64,000 nt of DNA from Minisyncoccota bacterium (GTDB taxonomy: Bacteria; Patescibacteriota; Minisyncoccia; Phycocordibacterales; JAACPR01), in assembly GCA_041674225.1 (NCBI GenBank), contig JBAYWG010000001.1:169401-233400 (forward strand), given 5' to 3'. Made by a program: the position numbers and the translations under genes. The notes below the pieces were generated by a model. It searched no databases. It was given only the letters and a program-made list of their open reading frames with translations, and was not told the origin of the DNA. Below, piece after piece: positions 45,216-55,474 of the stretch. Position 1 is the stretch's first letter, and each line of letters opens with the position of its first letter.

Positions 45216-46631
45216 CTATTTTATTTTCTCAAATTTTTTACCAATCTCAAAGAGTTTTTTTTCATTATACTGCGCAGAAATAAATTGCATTCCAACTGGA
45301 AGATTTTTTCCATCACGATTTACTTCATTTCCAGGTACAGAAATAGCGGGAACGCCAGCAACATTAGCAAGAACCGTAAAAATATCATTCAAATACATCT
45401 TCAAAGGATCACTAGATTTTTCACCAATTTTAAAAGCAGGAGTTGGAGCAACAGGCATTGCAATCACATCAACTTCTTTAAAAACGTTTTCGACTTTTTT
45501 TCTAATCATATTTCGCACTTGCCAAGCTTTTCTATAAAATTGATCAGCATAACCAGCAGACAAAACATAAGTCCCTAGCATGATTCTTCTTTTCACCTCA
45601 GAACCCAAGAGTTGTCCCCGAGTTTTCATATAAGTATCCAACAAGTCTTTTCCTTCAATTCTTTCACCAAACTTTACTCCGTCATATCTAGACATATTTG
45701 AAGAAACTTCAGCTGGCACCAAAACATAATAAACAGCTAGAGAATGTTCAATCCCAGGAATTTTAATATCTTTTATTTCATACCCTTCAGATTTCAATTT
45801 TTCAATTCCATCATTAAAAGATTTCAATACATCTTCATCAATTCCTTCTTTCAAAAAATCATAAGGGACTCCGATTGTTTTCACACTTGAATCTTCGTTT
45901 AAAATTGAGTGACTTGTTGAGTCCATTTCATCTTTTCCTCGCACAGCATCAAAAAGGATTTCTACATCATCGACATTTTTTGCAGTTGGACTAATCACGT
46001 CAAATGAACTCGCCATCGCAATCAATCCATATCTAGAAACACTTCCGTATGTTGGTTTCAATCCAACCACTCCACAAAAACTCGCAGGCTCTCGAATCGA
46101 ACCACCTGTATCAGAACCGAATCCTCCAGCCGCCATTTCCGCAGCTACAGAAGCAGTCGCACCTCCAGAAGAACCTCCTGCAACTCTTTCAGTATCATGA
46201 GGATTTTTTGTCACACCATATGCACTGTTTTCAGTTGAAGCACCTTGAGCAAATTCGTCAGTGTTTGTTTTTCCTAAATACACAGGACAATGTTCATCCA
46301 ATTTTAAAATAGCTGTAGCAGAATATGGAGCAACATAATTTTCTAAAATTTTTGAACCAGCAGTAGTGCGTCGATCTTTCATACACATATTGTCTTTCAT
46401 TGAAATCGGAATACCTGTCAGAAGTGTTGCAGTACCAGCATCAATTTTTTCTTGAGCTTTTTTTGCTTGCTCCATCACATCATCAAAAATAGTTAAATAC
46501 ACATTCAATTCAGGATTTTTTTCTTGAATATTTTTTAAATATGCATTCGCCAAATCTACAGCCGTAATTTCTTTTGCGACTAATTTTTTGTGAGCTTCTT
46601 TAATTGTTAGTTTAGTTAGATCCATTGTCAT
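45216..46631 (-). CDS. gatA: Glutamyl/aspartyl-tRNA amidotransferase subunit A
   Basis: Amidase signature GGSSGGATASVAAEMAAGGFGSDTGGSIREPASFCGVVGLKPTYG. Confidence 0.9.
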   Translation of the reverse strand: MTMDLTKLTIKEAHKKLVAKEITAVDLANAYLKNIQEKNPELNVYLTIFDDVMEQAKKAQEKIDAGTATLLTGIPISMKDNMCMKDRRTTAGSKILENYVAPYSATAILKLDEHCPVYLGKTNTDEFAQGASTENSAYGVTKNPHDTERVAGGSSGGATASVAAEMAAGGFGSDTGGSIREPASFCGVVGLKPTYGSVSRYGLIAMASSFDVISPTAKNVDDVEILFDAVRGKDEMDSTSHSILNEDSSVKTIGVPYDFLKEGIDEDVLKSFNDGIEKLKSEGYEIKDIKIPGIEHSLAVYYVLVPAEVSSNMSRYDGVKFGERIEGKDLLDTYMKTRGQLLGSEVKRRIMLGTYVLSAGYADQFYRKAWQVRNMIRKKVENVFKEVDVIAMPVAPTPAFKIGEKSSDPLKMYLNDIFTVLANVAGVPAISVPGNEVNRDGKNLPVGMQFISAQYNEKKLFEIGKKFEKIK

Positions 46632-46929
46632 TGTTTAAAATTTTCTGCACTTGGATAAAATCATCTTTCGTTTTTGGAGCGCATTTCAAAAGTGAATCTT
46701 TATAAGTTTCTGGTTCATCGGCATTTGTGTCTTCTCGAAAAACGTTTCTATCTCCAGAATTTTCAATCAAATTGAAGTCTCCTTCTGATTCTCCGATAGC
46801 AGAGTTAATTTGTTCAATATAGCCCAAAATAGAGCCTATTTCTTGGCTATATTTATCCACTTCATTTTCAGTTAGTTCTAGGCGAGCTAGTTTCGCCAAG
46901 TTGATTATGTCTTCTTTATTCATAGGCAT
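46612..46929 (-). CDS. gatC: Glutamyl/aspartyl-tRNA amidotransferase subunit C
   Basis: MPMNKEDIINLAKLARLELTENEVDKYSQEIGSILGYIEQI typical of GatC. 20-nt overlap with gatA. Confidence 0.8.
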   Translation of the reverse strand: MPMNKEDIINLAKLARLELTENEVDKYSQEIGSILGYIEQINSAIGESEGDFNLIENSGDRNVFREDTNADEPETYKDSLLKCAPKTKDDFIQVQKILNNDNGSN

Positions 46930-46937
46930 ATCCTAGC

Positions 46938-48953
<2,016 letters not shown>

Positions 48954-49559
48954 TTATGAACGATACTGTAACACAAGTCCTCTTTGTACTGCACGTTCGT
49001 CTCCTTCAGGGTCACAGGTGTTTAAACCTTGAGAAGTGATAATTGTATACGACTCATTTTCTTCACCCTCTGTAGCAACAGTTTTCTCTACTGTAACTTC
49101 TGCACAAGACAAAATATTTCTTGTATTATCTCCATTATTTGAGATAGCAATTCTGAAAACAGTTGAGCTTTCTGCAGTATCCCATCCACCTTGTGTGTAT
49201 GATTGCTCATAAACCGAGACCCCTGTCGCTATATTTGTTCCAGAACATTCAAAAGCATTTGTGTCAGTTCTTCTCAAACCTTCTTCACCTCCGGGAGGAA
49301 ATACATACTGAGCTACACCAGTGTTAGGATCTACAATAGTTCCATTTAAATCCCAATACAATGCACATTCCATTCCTGTGTTTGCAGCATAAAAAGCAAA
49401 CTGCGACTCTCTTCCTGCACCAGAAAGAATAACTTGTTTCAAAGCAATATTAATAATTGAAGCGCCCACAGCAAGCACCATCACCGAAACCAAAACTGCG
49501 AAAAGCAAAGCAAATCCTTTTTCTTTATTATCTATTTTTTTAAACGTAAATTTTTTCAT
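48954..49559 (-). CDS. Pilus minor pilin / PilX-like protein (N-terminal hydrophobic helix GFALLFAVLVSVMVLAVGASI)
   Basis: Pilin-type N-terminal TM. Co-directional with the pilin cluster. Confidence 0.5.
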   Translation of the reverse strand: MKKFTFKKIDNKEKGFALLFAVLVSVMVLAVGASIINIALKQVILSGAGRESQFAFYAANTGMECALYWDLNGTIVDPNTGVAQYVFPPGGEEGLRRTDTNAFECSGTNIATGVSVYEQSYTQGGWDTAESSTVFRIAISNNGDNTRNILSCAEVTVEKTVATEGEENESYTIITSQGLNTCDPEGDERAVQRGLVLQYRS

Positions 49560-49562
49560 ATC

Positions 49563-50156
49563 TTATGGTGTTGTTGGTGCTATGTTTGGAATCCAATTAA
49601 AAATATTTTCTTGCACCACAATTCTTGAATCTCCGACACGAACATTTGAAGTCCAAGTCATCTCAACAACTATTTGCAACTCTGCTCCCGGGACCACTTC
49701 AGTAAGATAAATATTTCTTGTAAATCTAGAATCAGAAGAATCGTTTATAGAAAAGTTATAACCAAACCTTCCGCTTGCATCAGTTTTTAAAGGAGGACAG
49801 GTTCCTGAAGTACAAATATCAATTTCAGGAGTGGTCGTACTCATTGTGGTATCAATAGAAATCAAACAAGTTGGATTCAAGTTTTGATCACAAGCAAAAA
49901 TACCGTCTAGCCAATTGTTTGCACCATTTAAAGCATTATTGTCTCTCATGTTTTTAATTGTCTCAACTGCATCTTGAGCTAAAAAGAAAGATGTGATTTG
50001 ATCTCTAGCCAAAAAAGCTGTTCTCAACCCTGATTGAGCAAAAACCATCGGACCTGTAATAGAAAGAACTAAAATAAAAATTGCGACAAGAGTTTCTAAA
50101 ATTGTAAAACCTCTATCTCTTTTTTCGTTTATTATTTTTTTAATAAAATTTTTCAT
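49563..50156 (-). CDS. Type IV pilin-like / pseudopilin (prepilin leader KRDRGFTILETLVAIFILVL)
   Basis: Class III signal peptide G|FT(L/I)(L/V)E motif. Confidence 0.65.
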   Translation of the reverse strand: MKNFIKKIINEKRDRGFTILETLVAIFILVLSITGPMVFAQSGLRTAFLARDQITSFFLAQDAVETIKNMRDNNALNGANNWLDGIFACDQNLNPTCLISIDTTMSTTTPEIDICTSGTCPPLKTDASGRFGYNFSINDSSDSRFTRNIYLTEVVPGAELQIVVEMTWTSNVRVGDSRIVVQENIFNWIPNIAPTTP

Positions 50157-50159
50157 ATT

Positions 50160-50777
50160 TTATGGTGCTATATCAAGCTCACTACCAGTAATGTTCAATC
50201 TTCTTTGAGAAACAGATGTCTGCAAAGAAAACGAAGATGATATTTTTTCGTTAACCTGAACTGTTCCAGAAATAACAATTTGGGTTCTGGGTTGAGTTAA
50301 GTCATTATTTACACCACCACCCACAACTAAAACTTCAAAACTTTCAATATCAACTAAATCTGATGTGATAGGAACCCACTGATTAGCATCACACAATTCA
50401 TCATCGTAATCAGTATCTACACATTGTACAATGTATCCTCTTTGTCGACCCGCAACAGTGTCGTCTGTCACTAGTCGATATCTAGTTTTTTCTCTTTGAA
50501 AACCTGCCTCATCTAAAACAATTGCACTCACATGCAAAATTCTATTTGAAGATTCGTAGTTTGGCTCAACTCCTGTTTTCAAAGATCTTGTAATCATTTC
50601 AACAGAAAAGTTTAGATTGTTCATCACTTCTGTCAGAGTACGAGCTTTTCTATTTGCATCTAAAATTGTAAGAATTGCACCCAACGCAATCATCACCACA
50701 ATAGAAAAAATTGCAACGGACACCATCATCTCCACCAGAGTAAAACCTTTATTATTCTGTAATTTGTTTTTATTCAT
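50160..50777 (-). CDS. Type IV pilin-like / pseudopilin (NKGFTLVEMMVSVAIF)
   Basis: Start placed at the internal ATG (MNKNKLQNNKGFTLVEMM) giving an 8-nt overlap with the upstream gene. The longer ORF overlaps that gene by 100 nt. Confidence 0.6.
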   Translation of the reverse strand: MNKNKLQNNKGFTLVEMMVSVAIFSIVVMIALGAILTILDANRKARTLTEVMNNLNFSVEMITRSLKTGVEPNYESSNRILHVSAIVLDEAGFQREKTRYRLVTDDTVAGRQRGYIVQCVDTDYDDELCDANQWVPITSDLVDIESFEVLVVGGGVNNDLTQPRTQIVISGTVQVNEKISSSFSLQTSVSQRRLNITGSELDIAP

Positions 50778-51510
50778 TTGAATTACCAGAGTCACCACCT
50801 GAGCTTGGGCTTGGACTAGAACTTGAACTTGAACCACAAATATCATTTCCAGAAACTGAAATCTGACCATTTTTTCTTATTAAGACATAACTAGGATTTG
50901 TCTCTGTGGCTGGGGCTTCAACCTTTAATTGCAAAAATCCAAAACCATCAACAAAATTATCTTGTCTTCTAATTCGAGCTTCCGGACTAGGTCTTTTAAA
51001 TGTCACAGCAGCAGCAGTTACATGAGTTACACTTCCAACCACCTCATTTACACAACTATCGTTTCCGACTTCGATTTCAGTAATTCTAATATTTCTTTGT
51101 AATGTAAGTCGATTGATACACTCATCTCCAGCCGCACAAACACAACTTGAAAAACCTGAGCTCTCGGTACCAGTACCACAACGCTTATCATCGTTTCTAT
51201 CTACAAAAAATACAAAGTCTCTAGATGGTCCATCATTTAAATAAAAATAAACTCCATAAGGATAACCAAAACCCCTGTCACCATCTAATTCAAAACCACG
51301 AACTCCAACTCCAAAAGCTTGTGCCTGTCTTGTTGTAAGAGCTATCTCATAAGCCATGTTTGTTACCAGAAGGTTTGAAGTAAAGTCTCCATATTTTACC
51401 ACCACAATCACAGTTAGAATCGCAAAGATTGCTGCAACAATTGTCATTTCAACCAAAGTAAAACCTCGAGAGGTATTTTCTTTTATTTTTTTATTAAAAA
51501 GTTTAAACAT
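50770..51510 (-). CDS. Type IV pilin-like / pseudopilin (SRGFTLVEMTIVAAIFAIL) with a Ser/Pro/Gly-rich C-terminus
   Basis: Prepilin leader motif. 8-nt overlap with the pilD start. Confidence 0.65.
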   Translation of the reverse strand: MFKLFNKKIKENTSRGFTLVEMTIVAAIFAILTVIVVVKYGDFTSNLLVTNMAYEIALTTRQAQAFGVGVRGFELDGDRGFGYPYGVYFYLNDGPSRDFVFFVDRNDDKRCGTGTESSGFSSCVCAAGDECINRLTLQRNIRITEIEVGNDSCVNEVVGSVTHVTAAAVTFKRPSPEARIRRQDNFVDGFGFLQLKVEAPATETNPSYVLIRKNGQISVSGNDICGSSSSSSPSPSSGGDSGNSNE

Positions 51511-52330
51511 TTAAGTTGAAAAACAATGTTAGCCCTAAAATATCTATTGGAACAAAAAACAAAATCAGGGTTCCAATAATTAAAAACGGAGCAAAAGGAA
51601 TTTCAGACTTAATTGTAATATTTTGGCCGCGTATATTCAATCGAGAAAGCAACATAATTAAGATTCCAAAAATTGCACCAATCCAAAAAGATAAAATAAT
51701 AGCCGATATTCCCGAAATAAATCCTAGCAAAAATCCAATTCCCAAAGCCAGCTTCCCATCACCAAGTCCAATCCACCTTCCAGAAGAAAAAAACCACAGA
51801 CAAAAGAAAGGTACGAAGAAAATGAATCCGGAAACAATATCTAAAGCAAATGGAAACTGAAACCATAAATCATAAGGTGTACTTATCACAGCGTATAAAA
51901 AAGAAATTCCAGCAAAAGTATATACAAGCGAGTTTGGAATAATAGTATGTTTGATGTCATAAACAAAAATTACAATCAGAAGACTCCAAATAATAAAATA
52001 TGCAATCATCCCAATAATTGCGAGAAGTGGTGCGTAAGTAAAAACGGAAAGTTGTTTCAGAAAAATTCCAAGAAACATTAGCCCAGTAGAAATTTCTACC
52101 AAGCAGTACTGCCAAGAAATTTTCGAAAGACAACCTGAACATCTTTTCTTTAAAAGAAAAAAAGAGACTACGGGAATTAATTCATGCCAGTGCAATTTTT
52201 TATTACAACTCAAGCATCCAGATCTACCATTTAAACCTTTTCCTGTATTAAATCTTAAAATTACAACATTCAAAAAACTTCCAATGATAATTCCTAGTAT
52301 TAAAAATATAATTGAGAAAAATAAAGTCAT
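51503..52330 (-). CDS. pilD: Prepilin peptidase (A24 family, PilD/TadV-like)
   Basis: N-terminal tetracysteine (CLSCNKKLHWHELIPV...CSGCLSK), catalytic-Asp region GLGDGKLALGIGFLLG, ~8 TM. Confidence 0.85.
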   Translation of the reverse strand: MTLFFSIIFLILGIIIGSFLNVVILRFNTGKGLNGRSGCLSCNKKLHWHELIPVVSFFLLKKRCSGCLSKISWQYCLVEISTGLMFLGIFLKQLSVFTYAPLLAIIGMIAYFIIWSLLIVIFVYDIKHTIIPNSLVYTFAGISFLYAVISTPYDLWFQFPFALDIVSGFIFFVPFFCLWFFSSGRWIGLGDGKLALGIGFLLGFISGISAIILSFWIGAIFGILIMLLSRLNIRGQNITIKSEIPFAPFLIIGTLILFFVPIDILGLTLFFNLNV

Positions 52331-52741
52331 TTAATTACAAGATGTGTCATCTTCTCCGAGTGTATCACCAATACTGTCGTACTCTTTTGCGACACCGTCG
52401 GCATCTACACAAAAAGCTCCGTCTGGTATAACAGAAGAAATAGCCCAACTAGATCTACCGTCATAACACAGGGGAGCAGTTCCGCCATTTAGTCTTTGAG
52501 CTTCTGACATTGCCCGAACAATTATAGAATCCGAACAAACCCCCTCAAAACTATACCCGCTCGCAAAAACTAATTCCGCCTGAGTACGCACATTAACGAG
52601 TGTCGACTTGATCGCTGCAGTGTTTCCCTTTCCTTTTGCATCAGACAAAGAGGCTAACACAATAGAGCCAAGTAAACCTATTATAGAAATCACAACAAGC
52701 AACTCAATCAATGTAAAACCTCTTTTTCCGACTAATTTCAT
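52331..52741 (-). CDS. Type IV (major) pilin-like protein
   Basis: KRGFTLIELLVVISIIGLLGSIVLASL prepilin leader plus a C-terminal Cys pair. Confidence 0.75.
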   Translation of the reverse strand: MKLVGKRGFTLIELLVVISIIGLLGSIVLASLSDAKGKGNTAAIKSTLVNVRTQAELVFASGYSFEGVCSDSIIVRAMSEAQRLNGGTAPLCYDGRSSWAISSVIPDGAFCVDADGVAKEYDSIGDTLGEDDTSCN

Positions 52742-52842
52742 TAATAAAATTGTACCATATTAAATATTATTGAATAAGATTGGTAAAACAAAAAACCGAC
52801 TTGCGCCGGTTTTTTGTTGATTATAACTTAGGAAGTTAAACC

Positions 52843-53247
52843 TTATGAACAAGCATCTGCTAGTTCCCAATCTGTACCATTAGCAACAGGTGTTGTAGTT
52901 GTTGCAGAAGCACCAGTACTATCTACACAGAAGTAAGTTCCTGCTGTATCTAATTCTGCAGTAGCTGTCCATCCATCTTCTGAATCAAGACAAGTTGCTC
53001 CTGCTGCTTCAACAGCAGACGCGATACCTGCAGCTGAAACACAAACTCCAGCATATGATGTTGGGGCATTATCATAAAATAGTTCCGCTTGAGCTCTTGC
53101 GTTTGCAAGGTTTGCTTTGATAGCTGCATCTTGTCCCTTTCCTCGAGCTGTGTTTAGCGAAGCCAAAACAACTGAAGATAGAATTCCGATGATTGCAATC
53201 ACAACCAACAACTCAATCAATGTAAAACCTCTATTTGTATTCTTCAT
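52843..53247 (-). CDS. Type IV (major) pilin-like protein
   Basis: NRGFTLIELLVVIAIIGILSSVVLASLNTAR and C-terminal Cys...Cys (CVDSTGA...DACS). Confidence 0.75.
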   Translation of the reverse strand: MKNTNRGFTLIELLVVIAIIGILSSVVLASLNTARGKGQDAAIKANLANARAQAELFYDNAPTSYAGVCVSAAGIASAVEAAGATCLDSEDGWTATAELDTAGTYFCVDSTGASATTTTPVANGTDWELADACS

Positions 53248-53356
53248 AAATTTTATTTATTTATAATTAGTTAACTAATAATAGATTTGAGTAAATCAAA
53301 ATCTACTGGTTTTAATTATAGACCTGTTATATATTACAATCTATTCTTTTCCACAC

Positions 53357-54262
53357 TTAATTTTCTAAAGATTTTCTAGCCAGACTTATAGCGCCCTCCA
53401 AACTTTTTGCAATTGCTAAAAATATTCCTCTGTGGCAAAAAACAGCATCACCCACTCCTGAAACTTTTTGTAATTCTAAATCAGACAATCCCGCCCATTC
53501 TTTTGGAAAAGGTTTTCTTGAAGGGAAATCATCTGGTTTTATTCTCATCGCTTTTACACTCCATTGATCATGCTCTTCACGATATTTCAAAAAATATAAA
53601 ACTTCCGGCTTTGAAAATAAAGCTCTCGAAATATCTTCGTCAGAAAAACTGTATCTTTTATCTAGAACAACAATTCTTTTATCTTCTGATTTTTCATAAT
53701 CTCTTAAAATAATTTCTTCAGATTCAAAAGAGTGTTCTGCTCGAACGATTTCTCTTTGTAATATTTTTTTAACCATTTCCACTGCTTCAAAAAAACCTTC
53801 ATCAAAAGTAAATTTTTCTTTCCAACTAGGCATCAAAGAATAAAGCATGTTTGGAACAATATAAGGAAAAACTCCAAAATCTTGATTAACAGAAAATGTA
53901 GTCAGACCATTATCTCCAGCATCGATTGGTTGCACGATTTTCTCTTCAATATGTTTACAGACCTTTTCGTTACAAATTCTTGAACCAAAATGCTTCCAAA
54001 TTAATCCAAAACTGGCATAAGGAATGCCATTTTCCCTTATTCCTGCACCTTCTTTTTGATGATGATCAAATCTGTTTTTTTCAGCATCATAAACGCCTCC
54101 AATATCCAAGACGATGTCTGCCTCATTAATCAACTTTTCATCTCTAGTTCTAGTAACCTTTATTTTTCCTTTAAAAACTATATCCAAGACAGCTACAGAA
54201 AAAATATCATCAGCATGAAATCTAGAATCATGAGTTACAATTTTTATTTTTTTACCAAACAT
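53357..54262 (-). CDS. MYG1/UPF0160-family metal-dependent hydrolase
   Basis: KIVTHDSRFHADDIFSVAVL matches the Myg1 N-terminal THxGxFHADE signature. ~300 aa. Confidence 0.75.
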   Translation of the reverse strand: MFGKKIKIVTHDSRFHADDIFSVAVLDIVFKGKIKVTRTRDEKLINEADIVLDIGGVYDAEKNRFDHHQKEGAGIRENGIPYASFGLIWKHFGSRICNEKVCKHIEEKIVQPIDAGDNGLTTFSVNQDFGVFPYIVPNMLYSLMPSWKEKFTFDEGFFEAVEMVKKILQREIVRAEHSFESEEIILRDYEKSEDKRIVVLDKRYSFSDEDISRALFSKPEVLYFLKYREEHDQWSVKAMRIKPDDFPSRKPFPKEWAGLSDLELQKVSGVGDAVFCHRGIFLAIAKSLEGAISLARKSLEN

Positions 54263-54275
54263 TTTTATTTATTAG

Positions 54276-55442
54276 TTATTTATTTACAACACTCCCCCAA
54301 CGTACTTTTTCATACAAATAAAACCAAACCGAACCAAAGGCAGCTAAAATAAATACAAATCTTGTAATATCTCCAAGTACTGGAACAAATTGCAGAAGAG
54401 TTAGTACAATCACACCAAGAGTAGCTGTCTGGAATGAAACTTCAAGATTTTTATTTTTAGAGAAAGTTTTTTTCATGATCGCACCCAAGGTTATTCCCGC
54501 GATTGAAGTAGAAATTATAAATACACCCACATAAACCATTCCTAATAAAATTGCGATTGGGAACAAAATCAAACTAGCTAAAAATATCACCACCGCAACA
54601 GGAATAAATATAAATGAAACTAAACCAATCAATAAACTTTTCCAAAAAGATTGAAGGCTTCTTAATGCAGTTTTTTGAGAGAAGATTTTAAATACATAAA
54701 CGAGAACAAAAGTTAAAATAAGAGTAGTAACAAATCTAAATAACATCCAGAAATTCAAGAAGCTCACAATTGTGTGCTGAACCAAACCATTTTCTCGAAG
54801 AGAATCTACTTTATTAAAACTCACCGAACCAGAAATTTTAGAACCCTCTTCCAAAATAGCTTGCCTAGGAGAAAAATAACTTATATCACCAGACACTTCT
54901 GCATCTTTTAAGATATCTATTTTTTCAGAAGTTATATTTGCTGTGCCTGCAAGTTTACCTGAAATCAATGTCATACCTGAAATTATTCGAACGTGGGTAT
55001 TCGTTTCATTTTCTAAACTCACACTCGCACCAATCAAAATCAAATCCCCACCCACCACAGCACCTGGTAGAATTTTTATTTCAGAACCAATCACAACAAG
55101 ATCTCCTGAAATACTTTTCTCAACCACAACAATACCACCCACAACTCTCACATCTCCGTTCACATCTCCTTTAATATTTAAATTTCCACCAGCAGAAAAA
55201 ACATCTCCGTTCACATCTCCGGCGATTTCGATATTATTCCCCACAACCACCACATCTCCTTCAATGTTTCCTAAAAACTTTGGTTCGGCACCAGCTAAAT
55301 AAATATTTCCTAAAATAGACTCACCTTGAGCCACACTAGCCGCTTTATCAGTTCGTATTGTAGCGGCCGACAAATCAAAAGGTGCAGTAAATATGGTAAA
55401 AACAAAAAGGATTAAAGCTATTTTTATATAAGCTTTTTTCAT
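54276..55442 (-). CDS. Membrane protein with signal peptide, bactofilin-like beta-helix repeats (GDVNGDV... repeated) and C-terminal multi-TM region
   Basis: IAGDVNGDVFSAGGNLNIKGDVNGDVRVVGG repeats. 5-6 C-terminal hydrophobic helices. Confidence 0.5.
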   Translation of the reverse strand: MKKAYIKIALILFVFTIFTAPFDLSAATIRTDKAASVAQGESILGNIYLAGAEPKFLGNIEGDVVVVGNNIEIAGDVNGDVFSAGGNLNIKGDVNGDVRVVGGIVVVEKSISGDLVVIGSEIKILPGAVVGGDLILIGASVSLENETNTHVRIISGMTLISGKLAGTANITSEKIDILKDAEVSGDISYFSPRQAILEEGSKISGSVSFNKVDSLRENGLVQHTIVSFLNFWMLFRFVTTLILTFVLVYVFKIFSQKTALRSLQSFWKSLLIGLVSFIFIPVAVVIFLASLILFPIAILLGMVYVGVFIISTSIAGITLGAIMKKTFSKNKNLEVSFQTATLGVIVLTLLQFVPVLGDITRFVFILAAFGSVWFYLYEKVRWGSVVNK

Positions 55443-55474
55443 AGCCTAATGCTAACATTATTCGACTTAGATTT

